Positions 1 through 7,152 of a DNA stretch of 32,000 bases are shown one piece after another; the first letter of the stretch is position 1; every line of letters begins with the position of its first letter. Made by a program: the position numbers and the translations under genes. This DNA is from Moraxella nasicaprae. Its GTDB lineage: Bacteria > Pseudomonadota > Gammaproteobacteria > Pseudomonadales > Moraxellaceae. A model generated the notes under the pieces. It worked only from the letters and a program-made list of their open reading frames with translations, was not told where the DNA came from and did no database searches. Where the stretch lies: NCBI RefSeq assembly GCF_025643275.1, contig NZ_CP089977.1:1740001-1772000 (forward strand), read 5' to 3'.

Positions 1-155
1 ATTTGGTAATTCTTTAATTTCTTTTTTGCCTAAAAATTAATACCCAAATCTTTGTTCTCTAAGGCTTTCTCAACTTCTTCTAGTGATGGCATTTTAAATA
101 CTCCTACAAAAAAAGTAACCATCATCATACACAATCAGCAACAAAATAGCAATGA

Positions 156-581
156 TTAGCCCATAATTTTATCAATCCGCTCCCCCAATTTCTGGGCAAA
201 GCGGCTTTCGGCATTACTTACATTGCCATCAAAAGCAGGGCGAATAAAGGGGATTGGCGGTCGCCCCCTTGCTCCATACTCTTCATGAAAGATGTAATAA
301 TAAGCATTTTGGCGGCTTTTGCGGCTGCCTTGAATTGCAACATAGATGGCGATTGCCGCACCGTCAATATTGGCAGAGTCGCCCTTTGTTAGTCTGCGAC
401 GCTTGATATTGGTTTTGATTACACCCGTTAAAAAAGGGGCGTTGTTCTTAGCCTGTTGCCACATCGGTGTACTGGCGAACATCAAGGACGAATACAGCAC
501 ACCGCCTGCGTCTTTGTTGCCGATTTCGTCTCGTAAGCGGTGTAGTTTGGCGTTCAGCTCGCTAAGTCCTTCAATTTTCAT
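156..581 (-). CDS. HK97 gp10-family head-tail/tail-completion protein
   Basis: 141 aa with the ...LTGVIKTNIK...HEEYGARGRPPIPFIRPAFD pattern typical of the HK97 gp10 family. It overlaps the stop of the upstream adaptor gene by 11 nt. Confidence 0.7.
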   Translation of the reverse strand: MKIEGLSELNAKLHRLRDEIGNKDAGGVLYSSLMFASTPMWQQAKNNAPFLTGVIKTNIKRRRLTKGDSANIDGAAIAIYVAIQGSRKSRQNAYYYIFHEEYGARGRPPIPFIRPAFDGNVSNAESRFAQKLGERIDKIMG

Positions 582-906
582 TGCTGACTGCCTTTAACAT
601 TAAGGTCAAATATTCCTTGCCACTCCCATTATCCGCCATCGGCTCGCCCACGATTTCATACATTCGCCCACCATATTGCACTCGCATTGTGCCATCAATA
701 TCATTACGATAACGGATTTTTGCCCGTGCCGTGATTTGGCTGTCTTGGGTTTGTCCTGCAATAATATCTTTGACCGATAAGGGCGTAAACTGCCCCCAAA
801 GCGTCAAAATATGTAGCCAATGCCCTGTTTGTACCGCTCCTGTGGCGGTGCGTTTGGTAACGGGCTGGTAGAGTTTTAGGCGGTGGCGAAGTGGCGTGGC
901 TTTCAT
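571..906 (-). CDS. Phage head-tail adaptor / head-closure protein (Phage_H_T_join-like)
   Basis: 111 aa. Shows the R-H-R..L...V......G......W......WGQF.PLS..D......Q....ITARAKIRYR..I....RV pattern of SPP1 gp16/HK97 gp9-like adaptors. Sits between the gp6-like and gp10-like genes. Confidence 0.7.
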   Translation of the reverse strand: MKATPLRHRLKLYQPVTKRTATGAVQTGHWLHILTLWGQFTPLSVKDIIAGQTQDSQITARAKIRYRNDIDGTMRVQYGGRMYEIVGEPMADNGSGKEYLTLMLKAVSNEN

Positions 907-922
907 GACTGTCTCTTAGTTT

Positions 923-1210
923 CTAAAAAGTGGGGGTGCGATAAGGGCTTAGTAATTGACGAACGGGGGCGGGTAAAAAGTTGCCAAATTCTGCCCCATT
1001 CTCGCTGTTTCTATTGTCATCAAGATAGCCTACCATGAGTAAGGTGGCGGTTTTTAGGCTTGGTAACATCTCATCGTTAATCTCGTCTGTGATGTAGTTT
1101 TTAACGGCATTTTCAGCAGTTTGCAGATAAATTGCCAAGATTGTGTCGTTACTGTCATCGTCATAACGCAGATGGTGTTTGACTTCATCAAGCGTGGCAA
1201 ACTCTGTCAT
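923..1210 (-). CDS. gp6-like head-tail connector (DNA-packaging/QLRG-type) protein
   Basis: 95 aa. N-terminal LDEVKHHLRYDDDSNDTILAIYLQTAENAV is typical of the Phage_connect_1 family. ATGA start/stop overlap with the portal gene. Confidence 0.7.
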   Translation of the reverse strand: MTEFATLDEVKHHLRYDDDSNDTILAIYLQTAENAVKNYITDEINDEMLPSLKTATLLMVGYLDDNRNSENGAEFGNFLPAPVRQLLSPYRTPTF

Positions 1211-2514
1211 TTTTTATCCCCTTTATCCAAAACTGCTCGTATTCTAAGGCGTGGCTTGACCGTCTTTTGTGGTTCAGTTTTTGGTGCATTGCCAAAAGGA
1301 TTGTCGCTGTTATCTCGTTTTGCCAACGCTGATAGGCTATAATTTTGCTGCTGCATCAGCGGAGACTCGCCACCGACCACAGGCGGTAGTCCAAGCATGG
1401 CACGGGCTTCATTGGGGCTAAAAATACCGCTTAGTGTGCCTTCTTTTAAGTACATAATTTGGCTGGTGCTATCCATACGGATAAGGGGGGATAAATCCGC
1501 CTCACATTCCACGCCTTCTTCAAGGTCAAGATGCTCATCAAGCAGGTTCTCAATCGCCTCGATGTAGTGTTGCAAACAGTCCGAATAATAAATCTCGTTC
1601 AAATCGGAAACTTTTTGACCTGCCTTTGCCTCACCCATACCGACTTTAAACGCTGGCACATGAAACACCGAGCAGACCGTTTCACTACTCATTTTTAGCT
1701 GTTCGATGGCTTGGGTGTCTGACGCACTCATGGCAATCGGCTCATATTTTGCCCCAGAGCCAAGCACGGCAATGCCACCACGATTGACACCGCTATAATT
1801 AGCTTGCCAATTTGCTTTGACTTCATCGGCTTTGCTTTGACTGATGTCGGTGGGGACGGATAAAATCCCAGATGGGCGAGAATTGTTACCAAACAGCGTG
1901 CGAGATTGGTTTTGGATTGACAGTCCAAGCCCCACGCTCAAATGACACGCCGTCAATGGCGAAAGACCCACAAGTGGGTGGTAAAAACAGTTAAAGCGGT
2001 CGTGAATGATTTCGCTCGCTGGCACGGTGGTTTCGGTCAGTCCAAAAAGTTTATCCGTGCTAATCTGATAAAAAACTTCGCCATCGTTGGACACAAGCAC
2101 CTTAACACGGTCAGGATTTAGCACCCATAGCTGATAGACATCGCTGAAAATGTCTCGTTGTTTCAAGATATACGCATTGCCACGCAGTAATTTACTGCTT
2201 ACCCAATTTTCAATAAACTGTTGCCAAGTTTGGTGCTTGTTCGGACGGTGCAGGATTGCTTGGCTACGAGATTTGGCAGGCAAAAGCACGCCATCTTGTA
2301 CCGACTTTGTGCGAATGCGGAGCTTGCCAATGTCGGTGCTAATCAAGCTCACACAGGCAAAAACAGCGTGAAAATGTGTCAAATCCGTGCGTTTGAGTTC
2401 GTCATTTTTTTGCCACGCCCCCATATAAGGTTCGCCCACAATGGGTAGCCAACCATTACCGCCATTTGAAATTGGGGTCAGCGATTTTTTCTTGAATAAA
2501 TCAAACAGTTTCAT
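1207..2514 (-). CDS. Phage portal protein, HK97 family
   Basis: 435 aa. Portal-family blocks are present (LLRGNAYIL, FNCFYHPLVGLSPL, NRGGIAVLGSGAKYEPI, SPNEARAMLGLPP). Confidence 0.9.
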   Translation of the reverse strand: MKLFDLFKKKSLTPISNGGNGWLPIVGEPYMGAWQKNDELKRTDLTHFHAVFACVSLISTDIGKLRIRTKSVQDGVLLPAKSRSQAILHRPNKHQTWQQFIENWVSSKLLRGNAYILKQRDIFSDVYQLWVLNPDRVKVLVSNDGEVFYQISTDKLFGLTETTVPASEIIHDRFNCFYHPLVGLSPLTACHLSVGLGLSIQNQSRTLFGNNSRPSGILSVPTDISQSKADEVKANWQANYSGVNRGGIAVLGSGAKYEPIAMSASDTQAIEQLKMSSETVCSVFHVPAFKVGMGEAKAGQKVSDLNEIYYSDCLQHYIEAIENLLDEHLDLEEGVECEADLSPLIRMDSTSQIMYLKEGTLSGIFSPNEARAMLGLPPVVGGESPLMQQQNYSLSALAKRDNSDNPFGNAPKTEPQKTVKPRLRIRAVLDKGDKK

Positions 2515-2526
2515 GCAAACCTGCCA

Positions 2527-2703
2527 TCAGCTTAATTCCAATTCTGCCGTTTTGTTAGTTTTTGCTTTGGACGGCTTAGGCTTTTTGTCCGCCACCGCTT
2601 CGGCAATGCCAAGCGTAATCAACACCTTTGCTTGGTCATCTGGCACTTCATGAATTTCGCCCATCGCTCCAAGCGGTGCGTCTTTTAGGTATTTGATTTG
2701 CAT
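2527..2703 (-). CDS. Small hypothetical phage protein (58 aa, below the ORF-track cutoff)
   Basis: Hand translation gives MQIKYLKDAPLGAMGEIHEVPDDQAKVLITLGIAEAVADKKPKPSKAKTNKTAELELS. AAGGGG RBS lies 6 nt upstream of the ATG at 2703. It fills the capsid-portal gap and ends 12 nt before the portal ATG. Confidence 0.4.
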   Translation of the reverse strand: MQIKYLKDAPLGAMGEIHEVPDDQAKVLITLGIAEAVADKKPKPSKAKTNKTAELELS

Positions 2704-2724
2704 TTTTAACCCCTTAATTAGCTA

Positions 2725-2786
2725 TTTTTGTTGTGAATAAGCTCTTTATCCACAACAAAAACAGCCCATTTTTGGACTGTTTTTTA
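2725..2786 (-). terminator. Two tandem hairpins downstream of the capsid gene
   Basis: Perfect 11-bp inverted repeat TTTTTGTTGTG (2725-2735) / CACAACAAAAA (2751-2761). A second hairpin, ACAGCCC (2761-2767) / GGACTGT (2775-2781), is flanked by A and T runs. Both lie 16-77 nt after the capsid stop. Confidence 0.45.
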
Positions 2787-2801
2787 AGTTTGGTTTAGGA
2801 C

Positions 2802-4148
2802 TTAGTCTGTGTATTTGATGAAGCCGACCGCCTTGGCATGGCGTTTTTTCCAGCGGATAAAGCGTTCGGCACGGATTGCCGTTAGGTTGTTTTGGAACAG
2901 ATTGACCAGATTTGGCGTGCGTTCATCACCTAAGTTGATGGTTGCTTCGTTCGACACCGAGAAATCCACACCGCCATCGTCGGCAAGCAGGATTTGGCTT
3001 GGGACAATCAGTACGATTTTATCGCCTAAGCTGCCAGAAGTATGCACAGGCAAGCCCTTAAATGAACGATTGCCCGTCAAGCTCATGCCTTCAAAATAGG
3101 TGCGACCAAGTGCATCACGCATACCGCTAATTTGCATCGCACGAGTTTCGCTCATGCCCCATACCGCCCCTTCTAGGCTAATGCCAGCGTCCACCAGCTC
3201 CTTGATAAGTGCATTGGTATCCGCATCAATCTTGTCAGCGGTCGCCCCTGTGGCGTTGATAGCCACCACACCGTTTAGCACCGATGCTGGTGATTCTGCG
3301 GCTTCTGCCTTGTCAGGGTCAAAAAATTGCTCATCAATGAACTGGGCAACAGTTGCCACCAAGTCATCACGCACCATCTGGTCAGCTTTTGGATTACTAA
3401 AACGAATCAGCTCATCAGACAGCAGTACAATGCCTGCGATTTTGGCGTGTCCTAGCGTCATTGAGCCAAATTGTGGGTTGCCAACTGGCTTCATTTTGCC
3501 TTCGCCCACCCAGCCAACCGAGCCACTGGCGGTCTGCATGGGGATTTTCACATTAAATGGCACTTGTCGCATTTGAGCGGCGATTTTATCCACCACGGTT
3601 TTTTGACGCACAAGGTCAATAAATTCGCCTGTCAAATTGGTATAATCAATGAGTTCTTTGCCAAAATTGGCATCGGTGGTCGTACCAGCCACCGCCTTTT
3701 GTGTCGCAGCATTGATGACGTTTTCTGGGGCGTTCCAGCCTTGCAGCACTTCACGGGTGGTAATGCCGCCTTTGGATTTGGTGGCAATGGCAGAGGCTTT
3801 GACCAGTAGGGCAAATCCTGTGCCTTTGGGCAGGTTGGATTCTACTTGCACGCTTTTGGTCTCTTTGGGGATAGTTTCGCCTTCGGCACTTGCTTTGGCT
3901 TGTTCTGGGTTTTCGCCACCAATTTCGGTAGGATTTGGGGCGGTTTCTACTGATTTAATGAGCTTTTGTAAGCGTTCAGCATTTTTTTCAAGGCGTGCGA
4001 TGTCGTCTTCTAACGCCTTAATTTGGGTCTCTTCATCATCATTGGGTGTGCGACCGCTTTTGACAGCTTTTGTCAAAATCTCGCCCATTTCTTTGCGTTT
4101 GGCTTCAATGGTGGCTTTGATTTGAGCCAGTTGTTGTGCATAAGTCAT
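2802..4148 (-). CDS. Major capsid protein, HK97 family, with N-terminal coiled-coil delta/scaffold domain
   Basis: 448 aa. The N-terminal ~100 aa are charged coiled-coil (AQIKATIEAKRKEMGEI...LEDDIARLEKNAERLQKLI), followed by an HK97-fold-type body. ATGA overlap with the protease stop. Confidence 0.9.
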   Translation of the reverse strand: MTYAQQLAQIKATIEAKRKEMGEILTKAVKSGRTPNDDEETQIKALEDDIARLEKNAERLQKLIKSVETAPNPTEIGGENPEQAKASAEGETIPKETKSVQVESNLPKGTGFALLVKASAIATKSKGGITTREVLQGWNAPENVINAATQKAVAGTTTDANFGKELIDYTNLTGEFIDLVRQKTVVDKIAAQMRQVPFNVKIPMQTASGSVGWVGEGKMKPVGNPQFGSMTLGHAKIAGIVLLSDELIRFSNPKADQMVRDDLVATVAQFIDEQFFDPDKAEAAESPASVLNGVVAINATGATADKIDADTNALIKELVDAGISLEGAVWGMSETRAMQISGMRDALGRTYFEGMSLTGNRSFKGLPVHTSGSLGDKIVLIVPSQILLADDGGVDFSVSNEATINLGDERTPNLVNLFQNNLTAIRAERFIRWKKRHAKAVGFIKYTD

Positions 4149-4759
4149 AATAACGATACTCCGCTTTTATTAGGTAAAATTAAAGCAACCGAGCCATCTG
4201 ACTGGTTGCTTTTTTGAGTTTGGGTGGGTGGTGGCTGGATTGGGTTAATCGGTGGATTTGGGGTTGGTTGCAGCGGCAGATTAAATGCGTCTTTGATTTG
4301 CTTGACGCTAGTAATAACCGCATCGGCATTAGCTGGGACGGTTACGACCGACAGCTCATACCATTCCCATTCCTTGATGTGTAAGCCCCACGAGCTTTCC
4401 AAATAATTGTATTCTTTGATTTTAAAGCCAACGGATAGGCATTTGACAAGCCCGCTTTTGATAGATTGCCACGCCTCATCGATACGGTCTTTTAATTTAC
4501 CATCATCAGCGATTTTGGCAATCTTGGCGACAATCTCAATACCTTTGTCTGTTACCGTTGCCGAAATCACTTCGCCAATCGGTTGATTATGATTGTGCTG
4601 CCACAGTAGCGGAATGGGTAGGGCAAATTTTGCCCCCAACGGCTCTAAAATGTCATCGTCCCTATCGGTACTGGGTGTGGTGGCAATGCCTGTAATAAGG
4701 CGTTCATCGTCCGTGTCGGTTACGGATTTGATTTGTAGGGTTGAGTAGGCTTTGGTCAT
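4145..4759 (-). CDS. Prohead maturation protease, HK97 family (peptidase S78/U35)
   Basis: MTKAYSTLQIKSV...ITGIATTPSTDRDDDILEP start; His motif LLWQHNHNQPIG; Ser motif LSVGF; ELSVVTVPANADA. The ATG at 4759 is preferred over the track's TTG at 4771. Confidence 0.85.
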   Translation of the reverse strand: MTKAYSTLQIKSVTDTDDERLITGIATTPSTDRDDDILEPLGAKFALPIPLLWQHNHNQPIGEVISATVTDKGIEIVAKIAKIADDGKLKDRIDEAWQSIKSGLVKCLSVGFKIKEYNYLESSWGLHIKEWEWYELSVVTVPANADAVITSVKQIKDAFNLPLQPTPNPPINPIQPPPTQTQKSNQSDGSVALILPNKSGVSLL

Positions 4760-4776
4760 AATTTTTTCCAATAAAA

Positions 4777-4797
4777 AACCGCCCTATGTAGGCGGTT
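4777..4797 (-). terminator. Rho-independent terminator closing the NYN cassette
   Basis: The minus strand reads AACCGCC-tacatag-GGCGGTT followed by TTTTTAT. It lies 19 nt after the NYN stop and before the protease start. Confidence 0.6.
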
Positions 4798-4815
4798 GGT
4801 TTTTGGTCTTTTTGG

Positions 4816-5493
4816 TTATTTTTGCTTTCGTTTGGTATGGTAAGTTGTCCGCAGTCCATCAATATGCTCAAACAAATCATCAGAAATCGGCTGGTGCATC
4901 GCATCTAGGATAAAGTCCACACCTTCACGCCGTGCCAGTTTGGCGGCAGGGACAAAATCGGCATCACCTGCAATCAGTACAATGCGATTGGCTTGCATTT
5001 TTAGGGCAACAGTCGCAATATCCACACCAATCCGCATATCTACGCCTTTTTGCATAATGTCAATGGTAAAATCATCATCCGTTAAATCACCCCATGCTTT
5101 CTTGTCTTTTAGGAGTTCGGATAGTACACGGGGTTTTAGTCGCCAGCCATTGCTATAATCAGATAATCTACCCAATCTCAGAGCAAATTTACGCTTTTGA
5201 ATCAGCTCTTTATGCAGTTCTCTGCGAAACACCGCTTCGTCTGATTTTGATAAATCCAGGGCTGTACGAGTCTTGGGGCGGTGCATTTTCTTTTCAAGAG
5301 GAGGGCAATCATAAAAGAAAACACGGTACAAATCGTCTGTTTGTGTGCTTTGATTGCGTAGTTTTAGATGTTCTAATGCCATACCCATTGCGACATCTGC
5401 CATCTTTTTGGCATTATAATGGTCGGTCTCTGGCAAATAATGGCGTAAGCGTTTGACAAAAAATGCTCCATCAATAAAAACAGCAGTTGTCAT
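4816..5493 (-). CDS. NYN/LabA-like (PIN-superfamily) predicted ribonuclease; prophage moron
   Basis: 225 aa from the ATG at 5493, with AAGGAA RBS 6 nt upstream. Carries the NYN acidic motifs AVFIDGAFF, QKGVDMRIGVD and LIAGDADFV. The track's 20-aa N-terminal extension is rejected. Confidence 0.75.
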   Translation of the reverse strand: MTTAVFIDGAFFVKRLRHYLPETDHYNAKKMADVAMGMALEHLKLRNQSTQTDDLYRVFFYDCPPLEKKMHRPKTRTALDLSKSDEAVFRRELHKELIQKRKFALRLGRLSDYSNGWRLKPRVLSELLKDKKAWGDLTDDDFTIDIMQKGVDMRIGVDIATVALKMQANRIVLIAGDADFVPAAKLARREGVDFILDAMHQPISDDLFEHIDGLRTTYHTKRKQK

Positions 5494-5583
5494 ACAATTT
5501 CCTTTAATTAACAAAAAAGCCCAAAGGATCGGCTCTTTGAATATGTACATCAAAGGCGTACTGCTAGGGGCTAGATGTGTGTA

Positions 5584-5612
5584 ATTATATTTACAACAAC
5601 ACCTTTTGTCAA
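5584..5612 (-). promoter_or_regulatory. Perfect consensus sigma70 promoter driving the NYN gene
   Basis: The minus strand reads TTGACA (5612-5607), a 17-nt spacer, then TATAAT (5589-5584). The promoter begins 8 nt after the terminase stop codon. Confidence 0.6.
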
Positions 5613-5619
5613 GCCAATA

Positions 5620-6714
5620 TCAAAAATAAATCCCCAGATCATCAGCCGACTTTGGCGGAGCGGGGTTTTGGCTCATCAAGGCAACAGCGTTTAGCATTGC
5701 AATGACGGGGTCAATCTTGCCATTGCCACTTTCTGATTTGCTCATCATCACGCCAGAACCTGACAGCTTGACCCTTGCATTGCCCACGCACCACGCCATT
5801 AACGGCTGGCTTGCGTGGGTTAGGTCACCGCTTGCGATTTTGCGTTCGCACACTTTTTGGTATCCGCCAAGGCGGTAGCCTTGCGACACACCTGTGATTT
5901 TACCTTCTTTGGGAATGCCAATGCTTTCAAGGGCGATGACAATATCGTCCGCCCCAGCAGGGTCAAGTCCAATGCGGTCAAGTTTACCGCTGTCATAGAT
6001 ACGCTTGGCAATATCGGCAAACTCCGCCACATCATCGCCCACATTTTCCACGATGACAAGGTCGCCATCTTTTTCAAAATCACGATAACGAGGCTCGTCT
6101 TGTTTGCGTCGCTCTAAGGCAATCGGGTGGCACCACGCTTTGACCCAGACCCACCATTGCTTAACCTCGTGGCGGATATTATTGTCATCTGTGTAGATGT
6201 ATTTTGGCGTAGGCAATCGCCCCACGACAGCACAGCCCAAAAGGTCATCAAGACCGCCACCATCTCCGCCCATTGTGATGACCTCACTTTTTTCAATCAG
6301 CTCATCAAGCGTAAACGCTCGTCCTGCCTTTTCCCAAAACTCTGCTCCTGCCCAGCGATTTGCTCGTAGGCTAATGCCAATGGGAATGTTGAGATGCTTG
6401 GCTAGGGCGGTTTGTAGCGTGTTTTTGTCGTGCGATTCTTTTGCTTTTCGCAAAATATCGGCAAGCTCATCAACGCCAACGCTCGCCCCAAGATTGGGGT
6501 TGGTAATGTACCAATTTTCAGGCTTGATATACTCGCCAGACTCGATGTAGCTTTGGGGAAACTCGAACAGTACAGGCAAAAATCTTGGGTCGTCAATCTT
6601 GCCATCTCGCACCGCTCGGGCGTAGTCCAGTTTTTCTTTAAACACCCCTGCGGGTGGCTCATCTGACATGGTGGTTAGCCAAATCACAAAGCCCTCATGA
6701 ATGAAAGTTCCCAA
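5620..6714 (-). pseudogene. terL: Large terminase subunit (Terminase_1-like), 5'-truncated; only the last ATPase motif and the nuclease domain remain
   Basis: The 364-aa remnant begins near the ITTAG-type motif (VIWLTTMSDEPP). It has no Walker A/B region and no ATG with an RBS; the track start is a TTG. Full-length family members are roughly 550 aa (from memory). Confidence 0.75.
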
Positions 6715-6877
6715 TTTTTTGACTTTGTATATCGGTTTTATTATTTGCTTTACTTGTGGTATATGGGGTTGGCAAGCAACAAATGGGTGGATTAGTTACT
6801 TCTTGATGGGCAACGCCATAGCTCTGTTTGCGATTCATTTAATCATGGCGATTTATTATATTGGAGCGAATAAATGA
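6701..6877 (+). CDS. Possible small two-TM membrane protein (58 aa), translationally coupled to the PrtN-like gene
   Basis: Hand translation gives MKVPNFLTLYIGFIICFTCGIWGWQATNGWISYFLMGNAIALFAIHLIMAIYYIGANK. Its stop overlaps the next ATG as ATGA. There is no clear RBS, and T-rich DNA yields hydrophobic ORFs by chance. Confidence 0.3.
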   Translation: MKVPNFLTLYIGFIICFTCGIWGWQATNGWISYFLMGNAIALFAIHLIMAIYYIGANK

Positions 6878-7152
6878 AACCACTTACCCCCAAAATCTCC
6901 ACCCAAGACTATCTATTTTTGCAGTTTGGGAAATTGGTGGTAGAACTTCGTGAAGTATGCCAAATTTATTATCCGCATTTAAGTCATACTGCGATGAACC
7001 GCACGGCAAGCGAACAAGGCTTTGCTTTTCCTTGCTTTCGCCTTGCCGATAGCCAAAAATCGCCGTATTTTGTCCATTTGTCCGACTTGGCGACCGCCCT
7101 TGACAAAGCAAAGAATGCGGTCAAGTCTAACCATTCAAAACTTCACGCATAA
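6874..7152 (+). CDS. PrtN-family (pyocin-activator-like) small DNA-binding protein; probable excisionase/regulator of the island
   Basis: 92 aa. LFLQFGKLVVELREVCQIYYPHLSHTAM...FPCFRLADSQKSPYFVHLSDLATALDKAK matches my recollection of the PrtN family pattern. It is convergent with the integrase and overlaps it by 26 nt. Confidence 0.55.
   Translation: MKPLTPKISTQDYLFLQFGKLVVELREVCQIYYPHLSHTAMNRTASEQGFAFPCFRLADSQKSPYFVHLSDLATALDKAKNAVKSNHSKLHA

Noticed and set aside
30-128. 32-aa minus-strand ORF (MMMVTFFVGVFKMPSLEEVEKALENKDLGINF) downstream of the gp10-like gene
   Set aside because: It is too short, lies in AT-rich DNA at the window edge, and has no recognisable family. It cannot be distinguished from chance. 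Its only interest is that no tail gene follows gp10 within the window.
3100-4125. Long plus-strand ORFs (3100-3576, 3471-3809, 3649-4125) opposite the capsid gene
   Set aside because: These are antisense shadows of a confidently assigned HK97 capsid gene. Their sequences are low-complexity and Ser/Ala/Leu-rich, with no family resemblance.
5494-5553. 20-aa N-terminal extension of the NYN ORF in the six-frame track (MMYIFKEPILWAFLLIKGNC)
   Set aside because: It has no RBS and it overlaps the structured leader. The internal ATG at 5493 has a well-spaced AAGGAA RBS and starts exactly at the conserved NYN beta-strand (MTTAVFIDG).
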